From a virus, in the UHGV virus genome UHGV-1363143: a stretch of 64,000 nt of DNA. One strand, 5' to 3'. The notes below the pieces were generated by a model. That model did not search any database and was not told the origin of the DNA. It saw nothing but the letters and a program-made list of their open reading frames with translations. A program made the position numbers and the translations under genes. This document shows, piece by piece, positions 47,265 through 57,835 of the stretch; the stretch's first letter is position 1; each line of letters opens with the position of its first letter.

Positions 47265-49093
47265 TTAGCTAAACTCTTAATTAGCTCTAAATCATAATTT
47301 TCTTTTTTAGCAACAACTTTTAGTTGAATTTCATCCCAACTCTCTTGTGCTATTAGTTGATATACAAATACGTTATCATGAACGCTATCAGCTCTTTCTA
47401 GTCTACCATGTCTCTGTGTCTGAATAGCATAACTACCAGCTATATCATATTCAATTAGATATTTGCATTTAGATAAATTTAAACCTTCAGCTCCAGCATC
47501 AGATAACAATAATACCTTATAATCTGGATTATCTCTAAATTTATCATATACTTCAACACTTCTTTCTTGTGATGATAATGTTCCATTAACATATGCTATT
47601 TTAATGTTTTTATTGTATTTATGGATCCTCTCAGTTATAACGTGTTGCATTCTTTCAAATTTTGAAAATACAGCAACCTTTTCTCCTGATTCAACAATTT
47701 CTTCTATTAAATCCATAAATAAATCCATCTTAGGATTCTTCTTTGTTTTCACTACATACTTTTTAGCAAATTCAGAATCACTATCCTCTAAAAGCTTTGG
47801 TTCGTTTGCAATTTCTTGAGCAAATGTTTGTAGTGCTAATATTTGAGCTCCTATTTTTTGAAGCTCAGGATTTAATTTAGCTTCTAGCTCTGTTCTACAT
47901 TTAGATCTTATTGCGAAATCTTGTTCCTTCAATTCATCTAATTGTTGCATGATTGTATTATTCATATCATACTGTTCTTCTGTAAGTGTAACATACCTTT
48001 GAATGACCTGTAATTTAGGTAATTGATCACTTATTTCTTCTTTTGATTTAATCATAATATATGGTCCAATAGTTTTAGTAAGTTTATTGCCGTTACGCAC
48101 TCCTGCAATCCTGCCTCTCCCTGCCCATTTAATAAATTCAGATGAGAATTTACTCCATGAAGGAAATAAGTCTGGTTTAATAAATTTAAAAATTGAATAA
48201 ACGTTTTCAGGATTTTTTGTAATAGGAGTAGCTGTTGCTCCAACCTTTATTTTTGCTTGGAACTCTTGTAACGCTTTTGATCTTTTACTATCTTTTGAAC
48301 CTATCATGTGAATTTCATCAGCAAAGATAAAATCTAATTTCATTGAATGAAGTTGTTGACGAATAGTATCATCAAGTAAGGCTTCATAATTAACTACAAA
48401 CAAATCATGTCCTTCAAACTGTTCTTTAAACTTAGAGGATATCTTTTCTTCTAATCTTAAATTCTCAAGTTTAATATCACTGATTTTATCTTTGTCTTTT
48501 ATCTTGTCTAGTGTTTTAATTAACTTTTTATTCTTGTTAATTTTAGACTTTGTGTATGCTGAAATACTTGATGGCGATTCAACTGCTACAGCTTTTAAGT
48601 CACTAAACTTGCTAACTTCATTAACCCATTGAGTTTTTAATGAAGCTTTTACAACAATTAAGCCTTTTCCTGAAATCATTCCTCTTTCAGTGGCCTCGAT
48701 AAACATTCCTATTCCTGATGGAGTTTTACCAGCTCCACAAGGCAATACTAGTAAAGCATTATTATTATCAAGTACGAATTTAATAGCCTCTCTCTGATAT
48801 ATATATGGCTTTAATTTCATGGATAAGCCTATTTCATCAAGTGATTTATCGTATCTTCGTATTTTAGGTAAACTGTGTTCTACACTTATGTTTAAATAAC
48901 TATAAGCATTGATAAAAGATTGAAGATCTTCTTCATACAGTTCCCATTGTTTAGTGATAAAATTGAAGTGTACAAATGGATTGTACACAACAATATTTAA
49001 AAATTCACTAAGTTCAGTTTTTTTGCCCAAGAATTTCAACCTATATTTTCTAGAAATAACTCTTTCTATTTTTAATAGTTCCATAGGTTGCAT
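47252..49093 (-). CDS. SF2 DEAD/DEAH-box-type DNA helicase
   Basis: Walker A PCGAGKTPSG; FADEIHMIG (DExH); GATATP (motif III); C-terminal helicase domain (QTQRHGRLER); 613 aa. Confidence 0.75.
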   Translation of the reverse strand: MQPMELLKIERVISRKYRLKFLGKKTELSEFLNIVVYNPFVHFNFITKQWELYEEDLQSFINAYSYLNISVEHSLPKIRRYDKSLDEIGLSMKLKPYIYQREAIKFVLDNNNALLVLPCGAGKTPSGIGMFIEATERGMISGKGLIVVKASLKTQWVNEVSKFSDLKAVAVESPSSISAYTKSKINKNKKLIKTLDKIKDKDKISDIKLENLRLEEKISSKFKEQFEGHDLFVVNYEALLDDTIRQQLHSMKLDFIFADEIHMIGSKDSKRSKALQEFQAKIKVGATATPITKNPENVYSIFKFIKPDLFPSWSKFSSEFIKWAGRGRIAGVRNGNKLTKTIGPYIMIKSKEEISDQLPKLQVIQRYVTLTEEQYDMNNTIMQQLDELKEQDFAIRSKCRTELEAKLNPELQKIGAQILALQTFAQEIANEPKLLEDSDSEFAKKYVVKTKKNPKMDLFMDLIEEIVESGEKVAVFSKFERMQHVITERIHKYNKNIKIAYVNGTLSSQERSVEVYDKFRDNPDYKVLLLSDAGAEGLNLSKCKYLIEYDIAGSYAIQTQRHGRLERADSVHDNVFVYQLIAQESWDEIQLKVVAKKENYDLELIKSLAKGTA

Positions 49094-49101
49094 TCCTCCA
49101 T

Positions 49102-49941
49102 TTAGTCATGAACTCCAATTATATCTAGCATTTCTTTACAGATATTAACTGTTTCTAGCTCAAGATCGTATTTTTCGCAGATATAAATAGCTGATTTTCT
49201 GCTCAACAGGTCTTTAGCCAACGAATCTCTTTCTTCTTTATCTATATAGCATTGTTCATCTAAAGAATCATATAGTAATTTAAATTTCTTACCAAGTCTT
49301 TTGTATACCTTAGGAATATACGATTTTGATACCTCTGCTTCCTCGGCTATTTCCGCTTGGCTTTTCCCTTTTATTTTAAGAAGATAAACTCTTCTTTCTT
49401 TATCTGTGCAGGCATCTATTAGTTCTAATAAAAGGTAAATAAAGTCAAGCAAGAACTCTTGAAATACTACTACATCATCTATATCACAATTATCTCCCAC
49501 TAAATTCAAGAGTTCTATACTTTTCTTATCCGAAGAAGGATTAGGAATTATAGAATCTAGCGAATAATTCATCTCATTTCTTAATATGTTATTTTTTTGA
49601 GCCTCTAAAGAACGTTTAATCATTCCAAGCTTGGACTCACATACTATAAATATCCATGATGACAATCCAGATCTATCTAGATCACATTTATTTACATTTT
49701 TAAATATGTGCGCCCATAGCTCATTATGCATATCTTCTAGATCGTATTGACCTTTACTCAAAGTATTAATGGCTGGATACCACTTTTTAGATATATCCCA
49801 CACTAATCTATCATACTCTTCATAAAATATAGTTGTTTCCGGTTCTTTACCATCAATAACACACTTCAGAAATTCTTTATTGCTATTAATATTTTTTAAA
49901 TTCATAATTCTCCTCCCCATTTTACAGACACTATTCTGCAT
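49102..49941 (-). CDS. sigma-70-family RNA polymerase sigma factor (regions 2 and 4)
   Basis: region-2-like DLEDMHNELWAHIF...SSWIFIV; region-4 HTH ERRVYLLKIKGKSQAEIAEEAEVSKSYIPKVYKRLGKK; 279 aa. Confidence 0.6.
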   Translation of the reverse strand: MQNSVCKMGRRIMNLKNINSNKEFLKCVIDGKEPETTIFYEEYDRLVWDISKKWYPAINTLSKGQYDLEDMHNELWAHIFKNVNKCDLDRSGLSSWIFIVCESKLGMIKRSLEAQKNNILRNEMNYSLDSIIPNPSSDKKSIELLNLVGDNCDIDDVVVFQEFLLDFIYLLLELIDACTDKERRVYLLKIKGKSQAEIAEEAEVSKSYIPKVYKRLGKKFKLLYDSLDEQCYIDKEERDSLAKDLLSRKSAIYICEKYDLELETVNICKEMLDIIGVHD

Positions 49942-51181
49942 ATCTATACATATATTGCTTGTCTATTTCTGTAACAAATCTCGACTCTTGAGTCCTGATA
50001 TAGCTTCCTTGCTTAAGCGTATAAATAGGCCTTGTAATAAAAAGGAGTTTTTTTGCTCGTGTAACGGCAACATACATTAACCTTCGTTCTTCTTCGTAAT
50101 CTGCCTCTGTAGTTGCTCTATATGAAGGTATTACTCCCTCATTTGATCCTGCAATAATAACAATATTCCATTCCAATCCTTTACTGCTATGCATAGTTAA
50201 TAACTGTACGCAGTTCTCTTCATCCTGATTTTGTTCTGCAATAGTGCTATCTAAATTTATATTGTCGGATAATTCTTCCATACTTTCAAAGTGAGTGGCT
50301 AATTCTATTAGCTCTTGAATATTTTCTATTCTATCGTCAGCAATGTTTTTCTTTTCACTCTCTCTGATATAAGGAATATAACCTGTTATTCTTAGCATAG
50401 TCTCTATTGCAATGTCTGGAGTGTTAGTCTCCATTTCTACAGATAGTTCCCCTACTATATCAAGAAAATCTTTAGCACTTGACTTTGCTTTTCCTGTTAA
50501 ATTTATTTGCTCTAATGCTTCAATTAAATTACATGAATTTGTTTTTGCAAAGTCAATTATTTTCTCGACTGTTTTGTCTCCTAGTCCTCTTTTTGGTGTG
50601 TTTATTGCTCTTGAGAAAGCAATTGTATCATTAGGGTTTATTATTAACCTAAAATAAGAAATTATATCTTTAATTTCTTTTCTACTATAAAAGTTGGTTC
50701 CTCCTACAATTTTATAAGGAATTCTATATTTAAGAAGAGCATCTTCTATTTGTCTAGATAGATAGTTCATTCTATATAAAATAGCTATATCACTGTACTT
50801 GTAACCATATTTTTTAACTGATAATTCAATTAATTTAACTATTCTTGCTGATTCTGCCATAGGATCTTTTTCAGGAAAAAATATAATTGGATTACCTTTT
50901 TCATTATTAGATCTTAAGCTTTTTTCTACTAGCTGTTTATTATTACTTATTAAACTTTTAGAAGCGTCAACTATCATTGAAGTACTTCTATAATTAGTAT
51001 TTAATAGATGTACTCTCATGCCAGTAAATATGTTTCTCATATTCATTACAGCTTCTATCTTAGCACCTCTAAAAGCATAAATGCTCTGGTCATTATCAGC
51101 AATCATACAAATATTTTGGTTTTCTCCTGTAAGAAGATATATTAATCTTAAATCCATTACAGAAGAATCATGACTCTCATC
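49931..51181 (-). CDS. UvrD/PcrA/Rep-family helicase, exon 2 (begins in motif II DESHDSS; includes motif III and the 2A/2B domains)
   Basis: the frame is open upstream of the called Met: ...DESHDSSVMDLRLIYLLTGENQNICMIADNDQSIYAFRGA aligns with UvrD DEFQDTN...LRLL...VGDDDQSIYGWRGA; 1251 nt in one frame. Confidence 0.75.
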   Translation of the reverse strand, partial: DESHDSSVMDLRLIYLLTGENQNICMIADNDQSIYAFRGAKIEAVMNMRNIFTGMRVHLLNTNYRSTSMIVDASKSLISNNKQLVEKSLRSNNEKGNPIIFFPEKDPMAESARIVKLIELSVKKYGYKYSDIAILYRMNYLSRQIEDALLKYRIPYKIVGGTNFYSRKEIKDIISYFRLIINPNDTIAFSRAINTPKRGLGDKTVEKIIDFAKTNSCNLIEALEQINLTGKAKSSAKDFLDIVGELSVEMETNTPDIAIETMLRITGYIPYIRESEKKNIADDRIENIQELIELATHFESMEELSDNINLDSTIAEQNQDEENCVQLLTMHSSKGLEWNIVIIAGSNEGVIPSYRATTEADYEEERRLMYVAVTRAKKLLFITRPIYTLKQGSYIRTQESRFVTEIDKQYMYRYAE

Positions 51182-51762
51182 CTTTTTTGTAAATCTAATT
51201 AATAATATAATGTTTCATCTTTTTAGAATAATCTCCTTTCAACACGAACTTACGTTCTTATCATATTTTAGCATATTTCCAATATATACTCAATAATAAA
51301 TACATTTAACAAAAGTATTTATTATTCACAAAAAAAGCGTAACATTAACAATAATATTAGATTTTTCTTACTTTCGCAAGTGTGGACTATATCATCATCT
51401 CATAATTACTAATTTTAGCCCTATTGCTAGTTCTAGTTTTATGAGAATGCCTCTTGTTTCACGCAGAGTTACCTTTCGGCACTTTGCTAGTCTCTGAACC
51501 TTCTTCCACCCTGGCATATAATTATATGTTACATTGGAAGCTTGGCTGCTGATTCCCCATTATTAAGGTCCTTAGCACCATCATATTTAATGATAGCTTT
51601 TATTTCAGCTTAGACTATCCTTAGTTATTTTTTCTGCCTTTCGGCGACATTCACGCTTGTCCTTACGGACTACGTTGTAGTTAACTTAGGCTTTAGGGAT
51701 TGTTCCAGCAATTAAAGAGGTACGCACACTACGTCACCGTAATATGGGCCGATGAGTTCAGC
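51182..51762 (-). ncRNA. group I self-splicing intron (581 nt, ORF-less) interrupting motif II of the UvrD-like helicase gene
   Basis: R-like element GUUCAGAGACUAGCA (rc of 51486-51500) and S-like element GAUAUAGUCC (rc of 51384-51393) in the correct order; P8-like stem UCUCAUAA/UUAUGAGA; GAAA tetraloop hairpins (gccGAAAggc); upstream exon ends in U and the intron ends in G; local GC content above the surrounding DNA. Confidence 0.7.
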
Positions 51763-52407
51763 AACGATATATTGGTATTGTCTATTGATTTCAGATTTGA
51801 CTTCAGGGAATTGTTCTAACAATCTAACCGTCTTATAAATTAAATCATCAAAATCTACACAGTTATCTTGCATCATTCTGGAATGATAGAGTTGATAGAG
51901 TTCTGCGAATTGTCTTTCTATTGTATTGGTTGATTCTCTCAACGCTTGACTTGGACTTATTAGCTGACATTTATAATCTGATATTTTCCATAATACCTTA
52001 TCAGCTTCAAAATTGTAACCAGATGTTTTAATGATTTCTTTCATTAATTTCTTGCAATCTTCAGTATCGCATATACTAAAAGATTTAGTAAGTCCAATAT
52101 AATTTGCATATTTTCTTAAAAATCTACTGCATACACTATGGTATGTACCGACCATTATACTATTTGCTTCAGGTCCTATAGTAGCAGTTACTCTTTCTTT
52201 GATTTCCATAGCTGCTTTCTTAGTAAATGTAAATAATATAATTTTATCAGCCGGTATTCCGCTTTTAATCATGTTAGCTGTTCGAACTACTAAGGTAAAA
52301 GTCTTACCAGCTCCTGGACCAGCTATAACCATTGAAGGTCCATGAATATCTATTGCGGCTTCCTTTTGTTCATCATTAAGTCTATTAAATAATTCTGATA
52401 GTTCCAT
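51763..52407 (-). CDS. UvrD/PcrA/Rep-family helicase, exon 1 (Walker A through the start of motif II)
   Basis: MELSELFNRLNDEQKEAAIDIHGPSMVIAGPGAGKTFTLV...QYQYIV matches the UvrD N-terminus up to ...RYILV(DEFQDT). Confidence 0.75.
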
Positions 52408-52419
52408 TTTAAGCCTCCA

Positions 52420-52449
52420 AATAAAAAAGGGGAGTTGTTTAATACTCCC
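52420..52449 (-). terminator. rho-independent terminator upstream of helicase exon 1
   Basis: stem gggagt/actccc, followed by TTTTTTTATTTGG on the minus strand. Confidence 0.5.
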
Positions 52450-52669
52450 TCAATACTTAATTCAATTTTATAGTAACTGGTGATGAGGGATCTGCTTCAT
52501 AAAATTCTTTTGTTTTTTCTTTTGATACAATTGTTCCACCTAATGCAAGCTCTAAATCTTTAGTTCTTTCTATACATGAAGTACCTGCAAATCCTTCCTT
52601 AGCTTGAAATGTATATCCACCTTTTTCATTTATTCTTATTTCAACTGTTTCTTTTCTCATGATTGCCTC

Positions 52670-53392
52670 CTAGTTTTCAATATCTTTTAATATTGCCTCA
52701 ACAGTTTCTTTTGCTATTGACGCAAGATTGATATCATAAGAAATAGTATTAAAATAATCATCATCATTTAATACATTTCTATTTGGATATCTTTTTAAAA
52801 CAAGTTTATTCTCTCCAATATTGTTTTCTATTTCTTCTAGTAAAATTATTGGAGCATTATCTAGCTTCACTACTACTCCATTTGGAAAATTATCATCATT
52901 TCTTTTGAAAGTTAATTCTCCTACTATAGTATTAATTACTAATTCTTTTACCTCTGCCATATTTTCAATATAATTTTCAAGATCTGTTTTAAATTTTTGC
53001 AACTGTTTTGTTCTATCTTCTGTATTTAGTTGCAAAAACATTAATAGGCTATCAAAATCATATTTATCAATATAACTCATAGTATTGCTCATAATATTGT
53101 ATGGCAATATTATCATTTTCACATTATCATAACCATCTTCTTTGTTTTTCGATTTAATTGCATCCTCTATATTATTTGTATATAAGAATTTAGATAAATC
53201 ACTATATTTATCATAATATATTAGTGCAGTTGCTTTTGGTAACTCATCTGATTTATTAACTAATTGTTTAACTATAAATTCAATACTATCGTTTAAATAT
53301 ACTGACAGAGTATGAACGTTATTAATTTTTTGTTTAAGTATAGTAACTGTTCCTATATCTGTATATAATTTCATCTCGATTTTATCTATCAT
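52670..53392 (-). CDS. hypothetical protein
   Basis: 240-aa ORF. Confidence 0.35.
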   Translation of the reverse strand: MIDKIEMKLYTDIGTVTILKQKINNVHTLSVYLNDSIEFIVKQLVNKSDELPKATALIYYDKYSDLSKFLYTNNIEDAIKSKNKEDGYDNVKMIILPYNIMSNTMSYIDKYDFDSLLMFLQLNTEDRTKQLQKFKTDLENYIENMAEVKELVINTIVGELTFKRNDDNFPNGVVVKLDNAPIILLEEIENNIGENKLVLKRYPNRNVLNDDDYFNTISYDINLASIAKETVEAILKDIEN

Positions 53393-53445
53393 GTATTCGC
53401 TCCCCCAATATCTTTAAGGTTATCACTTCAGTCTTTTAAATTATA

Positions 53446-53856
53446 TTATACTACATAACGACTTGCTTGTATAACAATTTCCTTTGTCTTACTATCTATG
53501 GATATATCTTCCTTGTTTATTGTCCATCCTTGTTTTTCACATTGAAAAATTACATCATGCTTTTTATAAGCTTGTGATAATCTATCTATAAAAGTCTTTT
53601 CATCTATTCCTGTACAGAAGAAATCACCAGCTACTTCTAGGTTAGTGTTTTTTCCTTCTTTTATGAATTTTATTCCTATTGATAATGGCTTCCCATCTCT
53701 AACGAATCCAGCGTCAACTTTTTCTGTTATCCAAGTATTTTGAATTAACTTAATATCATGGTCTATAGTTAATCCTAAATCTTTTGCTGCTCTTGATAAT
53801 AATGTTTTTTTACAGTTTACTAATACTTTTGAATTATAAGTTGTTAAATGTGACAT
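53446..53856 (-). CDS. hypothetical protein
   Basis: 136-aa ORF. Confidence 0.3.
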   Translation of the reverse strand: MSHLTTYNSKVLVNCKKTLLSRAAKDLGLTIDHDIKLIQNTWITEKVDAGFVRDGKPLSIGIKFIKEGKNTNLEVAGDFFCTGIDEKTFIDRLSQAYKKHDVIFQCEKQGWTINKEDISIDSKTKEIVIQASRYVV

Positions 53857-54182
53857 TGAGATCTCTCCTTTTGTTTTAAAAAATATTTATATTTCTTCCC
53901 ATTTAGGGATACATACATATTATTATGACTTGTTTTACTTAAGTGAAGTTTTAAAGCTGGTATATAATGTTTAGCAGCAAATACTTCTCTTAAACCATTT
54001 TTCGAATTATAGAATATTGGCATATATTCTATTTGATTACTTTCTAAATAATCTAAAATTATTACTTTTGTTAATGTGCTATGAGGTTTCCCATTCATAC
54101 TATATAATCCAAATGCTTCAGCTATTTCTTTTGGATATAACATATGCTCTTCAGTTTTTATTTCTAAATAAAACTTATACAT
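53844..54182 (-). CDS. hypothetical protein
   Basis: 112-aa ORF. Confidence 0.3.
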   Translation of the reverse strand: MYKFYLEIKTEEHMLYPKEIAEAFGLYSMNGKPHSTLTKVIILDYLESNQIEYMPIFYNSKNGLREVFAAKHYIPALKLHLSKTSHNNMYVSLNGKKYKYFLKQKERSQCHI

Positions 54183-54559
54183 TAGAATGGATCATCTTTT
54201 TGATTAGATATATATTTATTGATTAAATCTTTATACATATCTTCTCTCATAGCTAAATAATCTTGTTCAGAAATAAATGGTGGTCTATTTCCTTCAAAAA
54301 TAGGTTTTACTAATGATTCTAATATTTCTTTTACAAGAAAAAATCTTACTTGTTCTCCCATAACATCATTAAATATTTTTTTAAATGCAGCTAAACTCGA
54401 TACCTTTTTCACAAATTCATTTGCAAGATTTTCATATTCTTTGATTTCTTTATATCCATTTGCTTGTACTATTTTTAACTTATTTAATGCTTCTGGATTA
54501 TCAGCATTAGCTACTGGCTCTGTTTTTTTTAAGCTTATGTTAATAACATTTGATGACAT
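54182..54559 (-). CDS. hypothetical protein
   Basis: 125-aa ORF. Confidence 0.3.
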   Translation of the reverse strand: MSSNVINISLKKTEPVANADNPEALNKLKIVQANGYKEIKEYENLANEFVKKVSSLAAFKKIFNDVMGEQVRFFLVKEILESLVKPIFEGNRPPFISEQDYLAMREDMYKDLINKYISNQKDDPF

Positions 54560-54569
54560 ACATTACCTC

Positions 54570-56228
54570 CTAACCTCTTTTTAAATCATCTATTGAAAGA
54601 ATTCTTGATATTTCTTTATTATTGTTAATATTACAACCATATTCATTGATTAATTGATTACTAAATCTAGCTCTACTTTTTGCATATTCATTTAGTGCTG
54701 CAATTTTTTCTCTAGATGATTTGGCTACAGGAATAACTTCAACACAAGCTTTTTGAATATCTTCTTGTGTAATTTCTTTATTGCCATCTTTTCTGTATCT
54801 AGAAAAAGCTTTCTTTAATGTATTCTTAACAGCTTCTTTGATTTCTGCTCCAGTAAAATCATTTGTTATGTCAGCAGCATAAGTTAATAAAGAATCGTCT
54901 AAACTTTTTCCTAACTTATTAAAATGTATATTAAATATATCTTTTCTTTCATCCTTTTCAGGTAATCCAAAATACCATATAGCATCTAATCTACCAGCTC
55001 TAGTAAGTTCAGGTGGTAATTGTGACACATCATTTGATGTCATAACCACAAATACTCCATGATCTTCTGCTAAGAATTCTAATATAGCTCCTATTGATCT
55101 TGCCATAGTACCTGCATCACTTGAACCACTTGATTGCATACCTGATAAAGTTTTTTCTACTTCGTCAATCAATAATACACATGGAGCTGTAGCCTTTATC
55201 ATTCTAATAGCTTGAGCCATATTTTTTTCTGAACTACCCACTTTTGAATCTAAAATTTTTGACATATCTAATTTTAAAAATGGAAGGCTCATTGATGTAG
55301 CTAAAGCTTCAGCTAATAAAGTTTTTGCAGATCCTGGTACACCTAATGCTAAATATCCTTTTGGTTTTACACACCCAAATTCCATTGCCTCTGGTGTCAT
55401 AGCATCCATTACTTCATCAATCCAAGATTTAAAACCAGCATTTCCTCCAATTTCATCAAGACTTGAATTTGGGATTTTATAATCTAGCACATTTGATTTT
55501 TTTACCAGCTCTATCTTATAATTGCTAATTTCATCTACAGAGATTGTTTTATTTTTAACCAATGATATTCTAAAACTACACGCTATTTCTTCCAATGTCA
55601 ATCCTTTACAGGAATTTATTATCAATTCTTTATCCTCTTCACTGACTGGAATGAAGCCTGGTGTTCGTTGACCTGCCATTAAAGCTGCATTAAGAATGTT
55701 CCTAATTAAATTTTCGTCAGGTGTATTATAATCAACTACTGAGAAGATTTTTTCATGTTCTATTGGTATCTCTGTTACTGGAGAAATTATAATAATTGTA
55801 TTATAGTTTAGGTACTTTCCTTCAACTATATCTCTAAGCATTCTTTTTATATTTGGATTATCTATCATAAGATGAAAGTCTTTTAATATGAAGATATTAT
55901 TTTTATCTTCAATTACAGTTTGTCCATCCTCTTTCATCATTTCAATAGTTTCATCATCCATTTCTATACCTCTAGTAATGTCGTATATAGTTTTTAATAA
56001 TTTATCGACACCAATAGAAGGATCTAGTTTATTTTCTCTATTTGAAGTTAATTCTACCTTCTTTATACCAGTAGCAAATGAATGAACATATATTGGCATA
56101 GGTATTCTTAAAGCTGTAGAAACTTCTTTTATGTCATTAATAACTGCTTCTTCTTCATATGTATTTATCCAAATACATTTTGCCTTAGCGTTTATTAAAT
56201 TTAAAACTTCGTTCATACACTCTCTCAT
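54570..56228 (-). CDS. classical-clade AAA+ ATPase (C-terminal AAA module, ~280-aa N-terminal domain)
   Basis: Walker A GVPGSAKT; Walker B LLIDEVEK; sensor-1 / second region of homology MTSNDVSQLPPELTRAGRLD; 552 aa. Confidence 0.75.
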   Translation of the reverse strand: MRECMNEVLNLINAKAKCIWINTYEEEAVINDIKEVSTALRIPMPIYVHSFATGIKKVELTSNRENKLDPSIGVDKLLKTIYDITRGIEMDDETIEMMKEDGQTVIEDKNNIFILKDFHLMIDNPNIKRMLRDIVEGKYLNYNTIIIISPVTEIPIEHEKIFSVVDYNTPDENLIRNILNAALMAGQRTPGFIPVSEEDKELIINSCKGLTLEEIACSFRISLVKNKTISVDEISNYKIELVKKSNVLDYKIPNSSLDEIGGNAGFKSWIDEVMDAMTPEAMEFGCVKPKGYLALGVPGSAKTLLAEALATSMSLPFLKLDMSKILDSKVGSSEKNMAQAIRMIKATAPCVLLIDEVEKTLSGMQSSGSSDAGTMARSIGAILEFLAEDHGVFVVMTSNDVSQLPPELTRAGRLDAIWYFGLPEKDERKDIFNIHFNKLGKSLDDSLLTYAADITNDFTGAEIKEAVKNTLKKAFSRYRKDGNKEITQEDIQKACVEVIPVAKSSREKIAALNEYAKSRARFSNQLINEYGCNINNNKEISRILSIDDLKRG

Positions 56229-56255
56229 ATGTTTGTCTCCTTTCCTGTGTGTTAA

Positions 56256-57131
56256 CTAAAAATCAAAATCAGCAAATAAATTATTTACAATATCTTGATC
56301 TGCGTTATTGGTATTAAACATAGATTCTCTACTAGCAAGCAATTCTGCTCTTTCATCAAAATAGAAATCATAATCTAATATATTATTGTTTGTTTCTGCT
56401 ATTATTGGTTCATCACAAGGAACAGAATAGCAATTAGTTACTTTAAGTTTATACTGTCTTATTATTCCTTCTGTATTACTTATGATATCAAAATCATTAA
56501 TTACGAAATTATAATGACCAGTAAAAAATTCTATTTTTGATACATTTATATCTTTTAATGAGATATAAGATACTACATCATTTAAGTTAATTAGAAATTC
56601 ATTATCATCACTTAATGAAGTTTCAAAGCTATTAATAATTGCTACAACTTCATTATTTGTATTTATGATTCTTCCAACAAAATCATATTTTTTATCTGCA
56701 AGAATCTCTCCAGTGAATGCGAAGAAATCTCTCATTAATTCGTCTATTGCCTTTCTTTTAACTTCTAATATTAATTCATGTTCTTCAAAAGAACGATTTT
56801 GGTATATAGTTTCACATAATGCATCTGTAAAATCCTGAATTTCTATCTTTGCTGCAGTAGCTTTATGATCATTAATTATTGCAGATACATTAACATTAAT
56901 AGGATCTATATCTTTATTGAATTCACATACAAACGATATTTCTGTTTTACCATTTTTGCATGTAGCTTTATTAATAGTATCTACTTTTATAGGAACTATA
57001 ACTGCTTTAGACACTTCTTCTAGTAGCAAATAATCATATGTTCCATCATCTTCACATACAAAACTAGCATAAACACCTTCTTTACCAGTCAAATCTACTT
57101 GTTGTATACTATTTCTTTCATATAAAGCCAT
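56256..57131 (-). CDS. hypothetical protein
   Basis: 291-aa ORF. Confidence 0.35.
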   Translation of the reverse strand: MALYERNSIQQVDLTGKEGVYASFVCEDDGTYDYLLLEEVSKAVIVPIKVDTINKATCKNGKTEISFVCEFNKDIDPINVNVSAIINDHKATAAKIEIQDFTDALCETIYQNRSFEEHELILEVKRKAIDELMRDFFAFTGEILADKKYDFVGRIINTNNEVVAIINSFETSLSDDNEFLINLNDVVSYISLKDINVSKIEFFTGHYNFVINDFDIISNTEGIIRQYKLKVTNCYSVPCDEPIIAETNNNILDYDFYFDERAELLASRESMFNTNNADQDIVNNLFADFDF

Positions 57132-57141
57132 ACTGTACCTC

Positions 57142-57822
57142 CTATCCTATAAAATAAGTCTTACATTCTAAATCTTTTAAGATATATTGCAAGTCATTGC
57201 TATTAGTTAAGAACATGCTATCTATATCTCTCATGGCAAATCCATACTTCTTTTTTGTATTCCATATAATTTGATTTCCTGAGCCTACTGAACTTAATAA
57301 TCCATCTTCTTTTTCTCCATCCCATAGTCTTTCATCTTGCTTATACTCCCCATCAACTATAATATCTACGATTTTAGCTAATCTTCCTAGCTTATCTCTG
57401 AATATACTTTCTGGAGTTAAAGCTGAATTAACTATAAGACCTTTACCTATATACTTCTTTAGTTCTAAATGAGTATAAATCATAATGTGAAATCCATATT
57501 TTTTAAGTTCTTCACACAAAATTAGTAGATTATCTATTTGATCAGTTGGTTCACCTCCACCAATAGTTATATATTTATTAGGAGCAAATTCATTTATATG
57601 TTTAGCCATATCTATTGGATTGTGACTAATTTCTGCTTTTGAAACATCCCATGTACTGCTGTTAAAACAACCTTTACATGGATTACCTAGCATAGCCTTT
57701 TTACATCCTAATAAAAATATCTCTGTTCTATTATTATCATCTGGACTAGGGCCTGCAGTTTTTACACTCCATCTTACATCCCTCAATAATAATCCATTTA
57801 AATCATTGTTAGCCTTGTACAT
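57142..57822 (-). CDS. divergent NrdG-like radical-SAM activating-enzyme paralogue with a Cx8Cx2C cluster motif
   Basis: GCKKAMLGNPCKGCFNSSTW; GGGEP; IMIYTHL; IIVDGEYKQDERLWDG...GSGNQIIW is collinear with the canonical nrdG at 37551-38036; 226 aa. Confidence 0.6.
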   Translation of the reverse strand: MYKANNDLNGLLLRDVRWSVKTAGPSPDDNNRTEIFLLGCKKAMLGNPCKGCFNSSTWDVSKAEISHNPIDMAKHINEFAPNKYITIGGGEPTDQIDNLLILCEELKKYGFHIMIYTHLELKKYIGKGLIVNSALTPESIFRDKLGRLAKIVDIIVDGEYKQDERLWDGEKEDGLLSSVGSGNQIIWNTKKKYGFAMRDIDSMFLTNSNDLQYILKDLECKTYFIG

Positions 57823-57835
57823 AGTTTGTTCCTCC

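Noticed and set aside
49931-52407. Intein instead of intron in the split UvrD-like helicase
   Set aside because: The intervening 581 nt contains stop codons in all frames and no Hint/LAGLIDADG motifs, whereas group I R/S core elements are present.
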